Assembly (NCBI GenBank): GCA_963727455.1
Contig: CAVSGG010000005.1
Coordinates: 128,001 to 192,000, forward strand
Direction: 5' to 3'
Length of the DNA stretch: 64,000 nucleotides
Source of the DNA: Candidatus Krumholzibacteriota bacterium
GTDB taxonomy: Bacteria > Krumholzibacteriota > Krumholzibacteriia > JAJRXK01
A model generated the notes under the pieces. That model searched no databases. It was given only the letters and a program-made list of their open reading frames with translations, and was not told the origin of the DNA. Within the stretch, counting starts at the first letter, position 1. Every line of letters starts with the position of its first letter. The translations under genes were made by a program, and so were the position numbers. This document shows, piece by piece, positions 29,069 through 39,544 of this stretch.

Positions 29069-30799
29069 ATGTCCTATCAGGTGCTCGCGCGCAGATGGCG
29101 CCCCCAGACTTTCGGCGACATCGTCGGCCAGGAACATGTGACTACCACCTTGGGCAACGCCTTGGCCAAGGGTCGAGTGGCGCATGCCTACCTCTTCACC
29201 GGTCCCCGTGGCTGTGGCAAGACGACCATGGCGCGACTCTTGGCGAAGGCACTGAATTGCGACGAGGGTCCGACCGCGACCCCGTGCGGAGTTTGTCCCG
29301 CCTGTAAGGGAATCGCAGAAGGTACCCTGCTGGATGTCCTGGAGATCGACGCGGCCTCGCACACCGGAGTCGACAACATCCGCGAGCTGCGAGAAAACGC
29401 GCAGTACCAACCATCCGCTGGCAAGAAACGCATCTTCATCATCGATGAAGTGCACATGCTGAGCAAAGGCGCGTTCAACGCCCTCTTGAAGACGCTCGAG
29501 GAGCCGCCGGAACACGTCCACTTCATCTTCGCCACGACCGAGCCGACGCGGATTCCGCGCACCATTCTCTCGCGTTGCCAGCGCTTCGACTTTCGTCTCT
29601 TCACGCTCCAGGAAATTCGCCAGCGGCTCGAGCTCATCGTGAAGGACGAGAAGCGCGAGGTCAGCGAGGAAGCGTTGGAGCTGCTCGCGGCCATGGCCGA
29701 AGGAAGCATGCGCGACGCGTTGAGTCTTCTCGATCAGGCATTTTCCTCAGTGGAAGGAAAGCTGGAGAAGGACGCGCTGATGGGGCTCTTCGGGCTCGCC
29801 GGCCCGGATACCTATCTGGCTCTCAACGACGCCATTCTGGCGAGAGACAGCCGGGCGGGACTGGACCTGGTGGACGAGCTCAATCAATCGGGATTCGACC
29901 TGGTCGATTTCGCGCGCGGACTGGTGGGGAATTTCCGTGACCTTCTGCTGATCTGCCTCGATGAGGAGCTGGCGACGCGAGTGGAAAAGCCGGAAGCGGT
30001 GAAGCGGCGGATGCAGGAGCAGGCTCGCGAGTTCTCGCCGCAAGACCTACTGTTCCTCACGCAACGTGCGGCGGAGAACTACAGTCGCCTGGAACGGGCT
30101 CCCCAGCCGCGTTGGCTGTTGGAGGCTCAGATCGTCGAATACACGCGCATGGAGAGCCAAGTCTTGCTGAGTGAGATCTTGGGCCGGCTGGAGGAACTGC
30201 AGGAGGATGGCCAAGGTGGTGCCAGCTCCAACCGCCCCGGCGGCGGGCGTACCAGCGCTCAGGCCGGCGCCAAGCAAGAGAAAGCGCGCGCGAAAGGCGC
30301 GAGCCAGAGGCGATCCTCAGCACCCGGCGACGCGGCCGCCGCGAAATCCACGTCGCGTCCCGCCGCGCGCATGGCGGACTCTCCCGATCTGATGGCTTCG
30401 ATGGAAGACGATACCACCGCCGCCTTTTCGAGTCTGGCGAGTCGCGCTTGTGCGGAAAACATGGGATTGGGTACCTGTCTTTTGAATGCGGTGCCTCAGG
30501 TCGAGGGCGACCACCTGCTCCTGAAGTTCGCCCCCGAGCATGCATTTCACCGCGGGCAGCTGGAAGATAAGAAGGTGTTGAGCTGGCTGAGTTCTCTGAC
30601 GGCAGATTGTTTCGGGAGAACCTTGAAGATCGAGACCGTGCTGTCGCGGCCCGATTCCGTAGAGAATCTGCGGCGATCGCGAGTGCAACGGGAAATCGCT
30701 CCTACCGCGAAGCAGAGGGTCGAGAAGCTCAGCCAGGAGCATCCAGGATTGAATCGCCTGCTCACGGGCCTGGGCGGCCAGGTCAGCGACGAGAGCTGA
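29069..30799 (+). CDS. dnaX: DNA polymerase III subunit gamma/tau
   Basis: MSYQVLARRWRPQTF, GPRGCGKTT, EIDAAS, IIDEVHML, SRCQRF. Confidence 0.96.
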   Translation: MSYQVLARRWRPQTFGDIVGQEHVTTTLGNALAKGRVAHAYLFTGPRGCGKTTMARLLAKALNCDEGPTATPCGVCPACKGIAEGTLLDVLEIDAASHTGVDNIRELRENAQYQPSAGKKRIFIIDEVHMLSKGAFNALLKTLEEPPEHVHFIFATTEPTRIPRTILSRCQRFDFRLFTLQEIRQRLELIVKDEKREVSEEALELLAAMAEGSMRDALSLLDQAFSSVEGKLEKDALMGLFGLAGPDTYLALNDAILARDSRAGLDLVDELNQSGFDLVDFARGLVGNFRDLLLICLDEELATRVEKPEAVKRRMQEQAREFSPQDLLFLTQRAAENYSRLERAPQPRWLLEAQIVEYTRMESQVLLSEILGRLEELQEDGQGGASSNRPGGGRTSAQAGAKQEKARAKGASQRRSSAPGDAAAAKSTSRPAARMADSPDLMASMEDDTTAAFSSLASRACAENMGLGTCLLNAVPQVEGDHLLLKFAPEHAFHRGQLEDKKVLSWLSSLTADCFGRTLKIETVLSRPDSVENLRRSRVQREIAPTAKQRVEKLSQEHPGLNRLLTGLGGQVSDES

Positions 30800-30825
30800 A
30801 CTCCCCTTCAACGAGGAACGACAGC

Positions 30826-31134
30826 ATGGACATGAACCAGTTGATGAAGCAAGCCCAGCAGATGCAACAGCAGATGAAGAAGGCGCAGGAGGAGCTCGCG
30901 GAAAAGACCGTCGCGGCGGAGAGCGGGGGAGGGATGGTCAAGGTCGAACTCAACGGCAAGCAGGAGCTCGTCTCCATTCATATCGATCCCAAGGCGCTCG
31001 ACGCCGAGGAGGTCGACCTGCTCGAGGATCTCATCCTGGCCGCGGTGCAAGAGGGGCAGCGCAAAGTTGCCCAGATGAGCGAGGCATCCCTCGGGAAGAT
31101 CACCGGCGGACTCGGATTCCCCGGGCTCTTCTAG
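30826..31134 (+). CDS. ybaB: YbaB/EbfC nucleoid-associated protein
   Basis: MKQAQQMQ, SGGGMVKV, LEDLILAA; lies between dnaX and recR. Confidence 0.93.
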   Translation: MDMNQLMKQAQQMQQQMKKAQEELAEKTVAAESGGGMVKVELNGKQELVSIHIDPKALDAEEVDLLEDLILAAVQEGQRKVAQMSEASLGKITGGLGFPGLF

Positions 31135-31144
31135 GCGTCGGGCG

Positions 31145-31756
31145 ATGGAACGACATTTCCTCGGCTCCCCGCGACTCGAACATCTGGTCAAGCTCTTCTC
31201 GCGCTTTCCCGGCATTGGCAGGAAATCCGCCACGAGGATGGCCTTGCACGTCCTGGCCCGGCCTCAAGAAGAGGCGATGGAGCTGGTGGAGAGTCTGCGC
31301 GAGGTCACCCGCCGCGTCCGCAGCTGCGAGAGATGTGGCGCCATCTCCGAAGAGGCGAGTTGCGAACTCTGTCGCGATCCTCAACGCCAGGCTGCGCTCT
31401 TGTGCGTGGTCGAACAACCCACCGACATCTTTTCCTTGGAAAAAGCGGCCGTTTTCCGCGGCCGCTACCACGTTCTGGGAGGGCTGCTCTCTCCATTGGA
31501 CGGAGTGGAAGCCTCCGATCTGCGACTCGCTCCTTTGCGCCAGCGCGTGGAGGAGGAGGGCGTCAAGGAGGTCGTGCTTGCCCTGCCCGGAAGCGTGGAA
31601 GGTGAGGCGACCTCTCTCTACGTGGCCCGTCTCCTGGCGGACAGCGGGGCCAGCACCAGTCGCTTGGCGACCGGTATCCCCGTGGGGGGGCAACTCGAAT
31701 ACGTGGACGAAGTGACCCTGGAACGGGCCTTCTCTGGCCGTCGCCCCCTGGACTGA
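31145..31756 (+). CDS. recR: Recombination mediator RecR
   Basis: PGIGRKSA.R, C4 zinc finger, CVVE, YHVLGG, EGEAT, GIPVGG.LEY.D. Confidence 0.95.
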   Translation: MERHFLGSPRLEHLVKLFSRFPGIGRKSATRMALHVLARPQEEAMELVESLREVTRRVRSCERCGAISEEASCELCRDPQRQAALLCVVEQPTDIFSLEKAAVFRGRYHVLGGLLSPLDGVEASDLRLAPLRQRVEEEGVKEVVLALPGSVEGEATSLYVARLLADSGASTSRLATGIPVGGQLEYVDEVTLERAFSGRRPLD

Positions 31757-31987
31757 ATCACTTTCGCTTTATTTGCTCTGTTCGATCCTCGCGCGCCCAG
31801 CTCGGGGTGTGAGCTTCTCTGTGCATGCTTCTTGCGTATCAGCGAGGCGTTCCCGGGAGATTGCGGGTTCGCGGTGCTCTCACCACGACGCTCTCCCCTT
31901 TGCACGGGCCGCGCCGTCCGATCTTCCAAATCTCAAAAGTCCTTCTTCAAGAAGGACTTAGCTGAGTAAGAGTGGAGCGAGGCAAAC

Positions 31988-32491
31988 ATGGTCAAGGCCG
32001 ATTGGTCGATCTTCGAAGAGGACTACTGGGCCATCAACAGTATCCTCTCCGACTTGCTCAAGAGCAGCAATTCGCGTTCGACGCTTCTCATCGACCGCAC
32101 GGGACAACTCATCAGCAAGGTGGGCATGCCGCCGGACTTCGACATGATGTCCTTTGCCAGTCTCTGCGCGGCGGATTTTGAAGCGAACAACCAACTCGCC
32201 CAACTCATCGGAGAGAAGGACTTCTCCACCCTGTACCACCAGGGTGCCGAGGAGAGTATGTATCTGAGCAAGATCGTGCGGGACGTGATTCTCGTGGTTC
32301 TCTTCGACAAGAGCACGACACTTGGCCTGGTGCGGCTGAGAGTCAAGCGGGCGGTGGGCGAACTCTCGACCATCGTCGAGAGCTTGTTTCAAAAACTCGA
32401 GTATCGCAACGAAGAGTACGACAAACCGCTTGTGGATGACGAGTTCACCAAGGAAATCGAGGCTGAGATCGATAGCCTCTTTGCAGACTAG
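31988..32491 (+). CDS. mglB: Roadblock/LC7 protein MglB
   Basis: LIDRTGQLI, LAQLIGEKDFSTLYHQG, TLGLVRLR, acidic C-terminal helix EIDSLFAD. Confidence 0.9.
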   Translation: MVKADWSIFEEDYWAINSILSDLLKSSNSRSTLLIDRTGQLISKVGMPPDFDMMSFASLCAADFEANNQLAQLIGEKDFSTLYHQGAEESMYLSKIVRDVILVVLFDKSTTLGLVRLRVKRAVGELSTIVESLFQKLEYRNEEYDKPLVDDEFTKEIEAEIDSLFAD

Positions 32492-32512
32492 AGCCAGCCA
32501 GGGGAAGAATCC

Positions 32513-33091
32513 GTGTCGCTGATCAACTACAGCTCTCGCGAGATCAACTGCAAAATCGTGTACTACGGTCCTGGTCTGGGCGGGAAGACCACGAACATCC
32601 AGTACGTCTACGACAAGGTGTCGCCGGACACCAAAGGAAAGCTCGTGACTCTGGCGACCGAGATGGATCGTACGCTGTTCTTCGACTTTTTGCCACTCGA
32701 GCTCGGAACCGTGAAGGGCTTCAAGACCCGCTTTCACCTCTATACGGTGCCAGGTCAGGTGTATTACAACGCATCGCGCAAACTCATCCTGCGCGGTGTT
32801 GACGGAATCGTCTTCGTGGCCGACAGCGACGAGAATCGCATCGATGCGAACATCGAGTGCCTGTACAACCTTCACGAGAACCTGGCGGAGCACAACTTGA
32901 AGCTCGAGGAGCTTCCCTTCGTCATTCAATGGAACAAACGCGATCTACCGAACGCGCTTCCCGTGGAAAATCTCCAGGAAGAGCTGAATCCGGAAAAGCA
33001 CGCCGCCTTCGAGGCGATCGCAGTCAAGGGTCAGGGAGTTTTCGAGACTTTGAAACAGGTTTCCAAGATGGTGCTGCACAAGCTCAACTGA
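32513..33091 (+). CDS. mglA: Ras-like small GTPase MglA
   Basis: [41 protein letters not shown]. Confidence 0.95.
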   Translation: MSLINYSSREINCKIVYYGPGLGGKTTNIQYVYDKVSPDTKGKLVTLATEMDRTLFFDFLPLELGTVKGFKTRFHLYTVPGQVYYNASRKLILRGVDGIVFVADSDENRIDANIECLYNLHENLAEHNLKLEELPFVIQWNKRDLPNALPVENLQEELNPEKHAAFEAIAVKGQGVFETLKQVSKMVLHKLN

Positions 33092-33138
33092 GAGCTTCGA
33101 CCCAGACGGGTCCATTGGTTACCATCCGGTTCCGGGCG

Positions 33139-33193
33139 AGGCGTCCCTCTACCTTGGCCATATGGCGAAGGGAGTAGAGGGGCGCCTTTTTTT
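33139..33193 (+). terminator. Intrinsic terminator after mglA
   Basis: AGGCGTCCCTCTAC pairs with GTAGAGGGGCGCCT, followed by a T7 tract. Confidence 0.75.
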
Positions 33194-33204
33194 GTGGCCG
33201 GGGA

Positions 33205-35244
33205 TCACTCTCCGCGGCTGACGTGCCGCGTCCAGATGCGGTACTGCGAAGTCTCCGCCTGCACCTCCACGAATCCGCAACGGTAACTCGAGGAAAACTC
33301 GTGGCTGGTTGCTTCGCCGAAGTTCTTTACGCACCAACCGTCGATCATGCCGCGATACGAGTTGAAACAGATGATTTCCGGGTGACGCAAGTTTTCACCG
33401 GAGTGGGTTACGAAACCTGCAAGCGAACGCCGGAACTTCACCTCATCGGGATCGACGCGCTCCGACAAGTAGCATTGGTAGTGAAAGCGCGGGAAGAGAG
33501 GATAGACCGGCTTGCGAAATGTGGGCACCCAAGCTGAGACATCCACCGGAGCGATCACCTTCGCGCCGGGCTCGACGTTTTGCACCAGTGTTCGCGCAGC
33601 ACTGTAGGCCTCAAGCGGAGCCTTCACCCGTGGCGGCCAATAAAACGCAGTTCCGTTGCTTGGCGCAAAGGTTGTTCTACCCACGTTCGTCACGAGTAAC
33701 CAGATGGCGAAGACGGCAGTCGCCGCCCAGGAAAGCGCTCGCTTCGATTTCAGCAACACGAGCGGAGCACAGAGGCCAACCGCGATAAAGTGGGGCAGAG
33801 GAACGGCCCAAAACGCACGAAACCATACATCCTGGCTCTGTGGTGTCTTCGCGAAGAGCTGTACGGCGATCGAATTGAAGGAAAAGAGGAAGAAGGCCAA
33901 GGGGATGAGCACCATCATGCGTGCCATGCGGCGGTCGCGCGGGACACTCCACGCGCTGAACATGAAGAAGAACGCGAGCAATCGCATGCGGCCCTGACCG
34001 AGGACCAACTTGATGCCCTTGTCCAGGACCTGCGACTGATCGAGCAAAAAGTTGCCAGGCGGGCAGGCTTTCAGCAGCGCATCCGAAGCGGCGTGAGTGG
34101 GTCCCGCCAGCACTCCGAGCATGAGCAGCGGATAGGCGGAAGCGAGCAAGCCCAGGAAAATCCAGCGATCGAGTCGGCGGTCCCAGGAGGCGAGAATGGT
34201 GAGCCAGGCCACGGCCGGTGCCAAAAGCACGGCCGAGAAGTTCATTCCCACCGCCATCACCTGGGTGGCGAAAAGCAGAAAGGCGTTCCCCTTGGTCGGT
34301 CTTTGCGTGTAGCGCAGGGCGTAGGCCGCAATGAGGGGGATGGCCAGGGTCACCAGCGCGCTCTTGCCCTGTTGCATGCGGACGAACGCGAAGTTGCCGT
34401 AGGAGGAGTGCGTCTCGCCCATGCAAAGAATCACCACGATCGAGAGCACGGTGGCGCCCAGCCAGTGGCGTGGCAGGAGCCTCTTCAGGAAAAGGGCGAT
34501 GGCGAAGGGAGTCAGGAACGCCACGAAAGCCGCGAGGACCCAGTGCAGGGAGAGAATCGGGGCCAGGCCGCAGATGCGACTGATTGCCGCCGCCAGCGGT
34601 TCCCAGGAGTGAATGCGGTATCCGGGCAGCACGATGGGCTGGTCGGGGATCCCGAAGATGCCGTCGTGCTGGAGGAATGCGGCCTGCGGCTGTTCGACCG
34701 CACGAGCCGCAACGTTCACATAGAAACAGTCATCTGCATCGGGGCGATGCGCTGCCAAGGTGAACACGACCAGAGCAAGCGCGAGGAACAGAAGCAGGAA
34801 CTCGCCTCGCTCGTCCGACTTCGCGGCCGCGCGCGGCCTACGATAGGTGGAGATGAGTGCACCCAGGAGAAAAACGATTCCCGCCAGGGCCAGCAGGTTC
34901 GGATCCTGGTGAACGGCGAAGATCAAGACGACACCCGACGCTCCGAGCGCGGCGCAGAGCATCCGGAAAGAATCGGAGGCGAAGATCCGGCGGACTTTGC
35001 CGGAAGGGGGGGCGGGAGAGACGACAGGGACCTCGCTCTCTACCAACCAACTCAAAATGGGCGCATGCGAACGATGTCGCAGGAAGGCGACAACCGCCAA
35101 TGCCACGAGGCACACGAAAAAAAGCCCGAGCAAAAGATCGAGCGAGAATTTCCACCAAACGCATAGGTTGCAGAGGACAGTCCATAGAGCGAGCAATACC
35201 ACGACCACTCCGCAGATTCTCTCGGCCATACCTTTCAGCTTCAT
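33205..35244 (-). CDS. Polytopic membrane protein, DUF6077-like (possible GT-C fold); start uncertain
   Basis: More than 10 hydrophobic segments; acidic loop motif PDADDCFY; FVRMQQGK motif; soluble C-terminal tail. Confidence 0.65.
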   Translation of the reverse strand: MKLKGMAERICGVVVVLLALWTVLCNLCVWWKFSLDLLLGLFFVCLVALAVVAFLRHRSHAPILSWLVESEVPVVSPAPPSGKVRRIFASDSFRMLCAALGASGVVLIFAVHQDPNLLALAGIVFLLGALISTYRRPRAAAKSDERGEFLLLFLALALVVFTLAAHRPDADDCFYVNVAARAVEQPQAAFLQHDGIFGIPDQPIVLPGYRIHSWEPLAAAISRICGLAPILSLHWVLAAFVAFLTPFAIALFLKRLLPRHWLGATVLSIVVILCMGETHSSYGNFAFVRMQQGKSALVTLAIPLIAAYALRYTQRPTKGNAFLLFATQVMAVGMNFSAVLLAPAVAWLTILASWDRRLDRWIFLGLLASAYPLLMLGVLAGPTHAASDALLKACPPGNFLLDQSQVLDKGIKLVLGQGRMRLLAFFFMFSAWSVPRDRRMARMMVLIPLAFFLFSFNSIAVQLFAKTPQSQDVWFRAFWAVPLPHFIAVGLCAPLVLLKSKRALSWAATAVFAIWLLVTNVGRTTFAPSNGTAFYWPPRVKAPLEAYSAARTLVQNVEPGAKVIAPVDVSAWVPTFRKPVYPLFPRFHYQCYLSERVDPDEVKFRRSLAGFVTHSGENLRHPEIICFNSYRGMIDGWCVKNFGEATSHEFSSSYRCGFVEVQAETSQYRIWTRHVSRGE

Positions 35245-35370
35245 GCGTCCTGTCCCCGCGAGAGCCCGAAGTTCTTGCCCCATAGCCAGTATTATCCAAG
35301 TCGTGGCCGGAGCGGCAAGGAGAAGCTTCGTGATCTTGACCCCGAAAGCGCTCCAGCCTACCCTGCCCCC

Positions 35371-35817
35371 ATGAAACACCTCTTCGGCCGCATCTTCGGG
35401 ACTTTCTTCGGCGTGGGCTTCGTGCCCGTCGTGCCTGCCACCTGGACCAGTCTGGTGGTCGCGCTTCTCTTCCTCCTGCTGCCCCTGAACGATCTTCGCC
35501 TCCAATCCCTCTTCGTGCTGCTCGCTCTAGTGACCGGGATTCCCGCCTGCGGCTATCTGGAAGAGGAGTACGGCCGGGATCCGAAGCAGGCCACGATGGA
35601 CGAAGCGGCGGGGATGGCAATCTCCCTGCTCGCGGTTCCCTTGAATCCGCTCAACGTCTTCGTGGCGTTTCTACTCTTTCGCGTCTTCGACGTGCTCAAG
35701 CCACAGCCTGCCCGTTGGGCGGAGTCGCTCCCGGGCGGGGTGGGGATCATGGCCGACGACCTCATCGCGGGAATTTACGCGCGGGCTGCGATGGCGGTGT
35801 TCTTATGGCTACTATGA
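35371..35817 (+). CDS. pgpA: Phosphatidylglycerophosphatase A
   Basis: FGVGF.P..P.T..S, DP....DE..G, FLLFRVFDVLKP.P, GIMADD. Confidence 0.92.
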   Translation: MKHLFGRIFGTFFGVGFVPVVPATWTSLVVALLFLLLPLNDLRLQSLFVLLALVTGIPACGYLEEEYGRDPKQATMDEAAGMAISLLAVPLNPLNVFVAFLLFRVFDVLKPQPARWAESLPGGVGIMADDLIAGIYARAAMAVFLWLL

Positions 35818-37073
35818 GTCGAAGGAAGGCCGTGAGTTTGATCATGGTCGGCGATGAGATCCTCGACGGCCGGACGGTAGAGAGCAACTCTCGCTATCTC
35901 ATCGAGCGGCTCAGGCGACACCGGGCACGCGTCGCTTCCATCCGCGTCGTTCCCGATCGGCACGAGGCGATCGTCGGAGCGATGAGCGCTGCGCACTCGG
36001 AATCCATGGCGGTTGTCGTCAGCGGCGGACTGGGCCCCACTCCCGATGATCGCACGCGCGAAGCACTCGCCGCGTTCGTGGACGAGGAGTTGCTGCTCGA
36101 CGAAGAACTCGCGGAAGATTTGCGGCAGAGATACCGGCAGCGAAACCGTCCCATGCCGGAGAGTAATCTGCGCCAGGCGATGAGAACGCCGCATGGACGT
36201 CCCATCGAAAATCCGCGTGGCACCGCTCCCGGTCTCTTCCACCTCTGTGAGGGCGTTCCGATCATCCTGCTTCCCGGAGTGCCCGCCGAATTGAGGTCGA
36301 TGTGGGAGGCCACCGCCGAAAATATCGTACTTCCTCTAGTGGAAAACTCCGCGCCCGGGACCTTGCGCCTGCGCAGCGCAGGTTTGCCCGAGTCAAAGGC
36401 AGCCGATTTGGCGAAGGGGGTAGAGCTCGACCCCTCTCTCGTCGAGTTATCGTTCTGCGTTACGCGATTTGGCGTCGATCTTCTGCTCACGAGCCGGCAG
36501 GAGTCGGTCGATCTGCCGAGGCTCGCTCAGCCCCTACTAAAAGTCCTCGGCGAATATGTGTTCACCGTCGGTGAGCGGGGTCTGGACGAAGTGGTCAGTG
36601 AAATGCTTGCCGAGAGGGGCGAAACCGTGGCGGTGGCCGAGTCGTGTACCGGTGGGCTGTTGGGCGCAGCGTTGAGTGAGTGTCCGGGAAGCAGTCGCAG
36701 TTACTTGGGTGGAATCGTGGCGTACTCGAATCGGGTCAAGGAAGCGCAGCTAGGCGTGAGTTCTCAGCTACTGTTCGAGCACGGCGCAGTCAGCGAGGAA
36801 GTCGCTCGCGCCATGGCAAAAGGGGTGCGCGGTCTCCTCGGTTCGAGTTGGGCGCTCGCGGTCACCGGCATAGCCGGCCCGGAGGGTGACACCAGCGGCA
36901 AGCCGGTGGGCACGGTGCACATCGCTTTGGAAGGAGTTGGCCACTCCGAGGCCCGGCTGCTTCATCTGCCCGGAAATCGCGCGCAGAATCGGCAGTGGAG
37001 CGTAGCCGCCGCGCTTGAGCTTCTGCGGCGGAGCATGCGCGATTCGAAGCCGAGTCGATCGAGCCAGCGATGA
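35814..37073 (+). CDS. cinA: CinA competence/damage-inducible protein (MocF domain plus NMN deamidase)
   Basis: GDEILDG, SGGLGPTPDD.T, LPGVP.E, AESCTGG, TGIAGP. Confidence 0.93.
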   Translation: MSRRKAVSLIMVGDEILDGRTVESNSRYLIERLRRHRARVASIRVVPDRHEAIVGAMSAAHSESMAVVVSGGLGPTPDDRTREALAAFVDEELLLDEELAEDLRQRYRQRNRPMPESNLRQAMRTPHGRPIENPRGTAPGLFHLCEGVPIILLPGVPAELRSMWEATAENIVLPLVENSAPGTLRLRSAGLPESKAADLAKGVELDPSLVELSFCVTRFGVDLLLTSRQESVDLPRLAQPLLKVLGEYVFTVGERGLDEVVSEMLAERGETVAVAESCTGGLLGAALSECPGSSRSYLGGIVAYSNRVKEAQLGVSSQLLFEHGAVSEEVARAMAKGVRGLLGSSWALAVTGIAGPEGDTSGKPVGTVHIALEGVGHSEARLLHLPGNRAQNRQWSVAAALELLRRSMRDSKPSRSSQR

Positions 37074-37631
37074 GGCTCTTCTTGGCCGTTCTGCCTCCAC
37101 AGCGGATTCGCCGCGAGGTGGCGCTGGCCGTCGCCGATTTCGCCCGACGCGGCTTCGGCCGTTTCGTGTCCGAGCTAAACCTCCACCTGAGCCTGCAATT
37201 CTTGGGGGAAACGCCGTCCGACGCGGTGCCCGCCATCCAGGAGGCAACGGAGAGCTGTCTGCGCCGGCCTTTCATCGATCTCGAGTGGGGAGGCATGGGA
37301 GTTTTTCCCAAGTTCGCGCGTGCCAGGGTTGCCTACCTGAAGGTCCGCTCCGAGGCCGACCAACTCCTCTCTGGCGAAGGAGCTGAAGGGGAGTCTCCGG
37401 CGCGCGCTCCCGGACAAACCGGAGCTGGAGGACCAACGCCCCTTCCGCGCCCATCTCACCCTGGCCAGATTCAAGCAGCCTCCCGCGCTCTCGGCCCTGG
37501 AGGAACTCGAGCGGGAATTGGCGCCGCTCTCCTGGCGCAGCACCCTCGACGCAGTCGTTCTGGTACGGAGCGTTCTGACGCCGCAGGGGGCGCGCCACAC
37601 GGTACTCTCCGAGCATCCACTGAAGGGCTGA
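37070..37631 (+). CDS. thpR: RNA 2',3'-cyclic phosphodiesterase (2H family); apparent frameshift in a CT-repeat at about 37364-37372
   Basis: MRLFLA and LHLSLQFLG in the first frame. The second 2H motif FRAHLTLAR and S.LTPQGA are in another frame ending at TGA 37631. Confidence 0.85.
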
Positions 37632-37651
37632 ATTTGCGCCGTCCCGCCGCC

Positions 37652-37680
37652 TTGCGTCCGGCAGTGACGCGTGCTACAGT
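37652..37680 (+). promoter_or_regulatory. Putative sigma70 promoter of recA
   Basis: TTGCGT - 17 bp - TACAGT, with extended -10 TG. Confidence 0.55.
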
Positions 37681-37781
37681 GCCGCTTGCGGCGTCGATCC
37701 GGGCTACCCCACGGGCTCGGTCTCTCTTTGATCAATCCTCCCGAGAGATGTACATCCAGCTTCCACCAGGAAGGGAAATTC

Positions 37782-38888
37782 ATGGCTAAGGACCCAAGAG
37801 ACGACCGCCTCCAAGCACTGGAACTCACTCGCGCGCAAATCGAAAAGCAATACGGCAAAGGCGCACTGATGCGCCTCGGAGACGAAGGTGCCGTCGAGGA
37901 CGTCATTCCCATTTCCACGGGAAGCGTGGCCCTCGACATCGCGATCGGCATCGGAGGCCTACCCCGGGGACGGGTCAGCGAGGTCTACGGTCCCGAAGGG
38001 AGCGGCAAGACGACCCTCTGTCTGTCGGTCATTGCCAACGCGCAACGCGAGGGCGGAATGGCGGCGTTCATCGACGCCGAACACGCGATGGATCCCATCT
38101 ATGCCCGGCGCTTGGGCGTGGACATCGACAATCTGCTCGTCAGCCAACCCGACACCGGGGAGCAGGCCCTGGAAATCGCCGAGATGCTCGTGCGTAGTGG
38201 GGCCCTTGACGTCATCGTGATCGACTCGGTCGCGGCCCTGGTGCCGCGCGCGGAGATCGAGGGCGAGATGGGGGACCAGCATGTGGGTCTGCAGGCTCGG
38301 CTCATGAGTCAAGCCCTGCGCAAACTCACCGGCGCGATCAAGAAGACGAATACCATGGTGATTTTCACCAACCAGATTCGCATGAAAATCGGGGTCATGT
38401 TCGGAAATCCCGAGACGACCTCCGGCGGCAACGCTCTCAAGTTCTACGCTTCCGTGCGATTGGACATTCGCCGCATCGGCGGCATCACCGAAGGCGACAA
38501 GGTCACGGGGAATCGCGTTCGCGTGAAAGTCGTGAAGAACAAGGTGGCACCCCCGTTCAAGAAATGTGAGTTCGACATTCTCTACAACGAGGGAATCTCC
38601 TTCGAGGGAGATCTGATCGATCTGGGTGTCGAGGGGGACGTGATCAAGAAGAGCGGCGCGTGGTTCAGCTACGGCGAAGAGAGGTTGGGACAAGGACGTG
38701 AAAACGTGCGCCTCTTCCTCAAAGAGAACATGGACTTGCGCGACAGAATTCAAAACGACGTGTTCACGCACTACGGAATCCCCTTGCCTAAGGGCAGGCA
38801 AGAGAAGCCCGCGGAACAGGAGCCCCCGAAGGCAGCAGCTGAGACTTCTCGGGCCAAGAGCCGCAAGGCCAAGAGCACCGCGGCGTGA
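37782..38888 (+). CDS. recA: Recombinase A
   Basis: [42 protein letters not shown]. Confidence 0.98.
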   Translation: MAKDPRDDRLQALELTRAQIEKQYGKGALMRLGDEGAVEDVIPISTGSVALDIAIGIGGLPRGRVSEVYGPEGSGKTTLCLSVIANAQREGGMAAFIDAEHAMDPIYARRLGVDIDNLLVSQPDTGEQALEIAEMLVRSGALDVIVIDSVAALVPRAEIEGEMGDQHVGLQARLMSQALRKLTGAIKKTNTMVIFTNQIRMKIGVMFGNPETTSGGNALKFYASVRLDIRRIGGITEGDKVTGNRVRVKVVKNKVAPPFKKCEFDILYNEGISFEGDLIDLGVEGDVIKKSGAWFSYGEERLGQGRENVRLFLKENMDLRDRIQNDVFTHYGIPLPKGRQEKPAEQEPPKAAAETSRAKSRKAKSTAA

Positions 38889-39544
38889 ACCGGGCCGAGC
38901 CAGAGATCGAACTCACCGGCTGGGAGGAAGACGCCCAGGCGGGTACGATCACTATCCACACGAGCGACGGGGCCACCTACGAAGTGGCCCCGTCGGCGCA
39001 TGAACTTCAGGGATTGAGTGTCGGGAAGCGTCTTACCAGCGAGGTGGTTTACGGCCTCGAATTCGCGGCCGCGCGCAAACGCGTCGCCAAGGCAGCCCTG
39101 AAACTATTGGACCGGCGGTTCTACAGCTCCTCTCGTCTGCGAAGCCGACTCTGTCAGAAAGACTTTCCCCATGAAGCGGTAGACGCGGTTCTGCAGCAAC
39201 TCGCGGAGCAGGGACTACTCGACGATCGCCGCTTCGCCGAGTCTTGGTGTCGTGACCAGCTTGCCCGGAAGCCGGTGGGTCCGCGTTGGCTTCGAAGCGG
39301 ACTTCACGACCAAGGCGTTACTTCTGAAGCCATTGACATCGTACTCGATTCTCTCTTTCCCGAAGGCCGGGAAAGGGAGGCCTGCGCCGAGGCTCTGGCG
39401 AGCCGCCACTACTCTCTCAATGACGACAAAGGCAAGGCGCGGGCCATACGCTTTCTGAACAGTCGGGGTTTCTCCCCATCGCTGGCCCGGGAGCTGGTCT
39501 TCGAATCCTCCCAGGGCTTTGGGGCTCGGGAGGAAGATGCGTGA
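38885..39544 (+). CDS. recX: Regulatory protein RecX
   Basis: [19 protein letters not shown]...GV, FL.SRGF; coupled to recA. Confidence 0.85.
   Translation: MNRAEPEIELTGWEEDAQAGTITIHTSDGATYEVAPSAHELQGLSVGKRLTSEVVYGLEFAAARKRVAKAALKLLDRRFYSSSRLRSRLCQKDFPHEAVDAVLQQLAEQGLLDDRRFAESWCRDQLARKPVGPRWLRSGLHDQGVTSEAIDIVLDSLFPEGREREACAEALASRHYSLNDDKGKARAIRFLNSRGFSPSLARELVFESSQGFGAREEDA

Noticed and set aside
29069-30799. Programmed -1 frameshift in dnaX giving a gamma subunit
   Set aside because: No A-AAA-AAG slippery site or long A-run seen in the linker.
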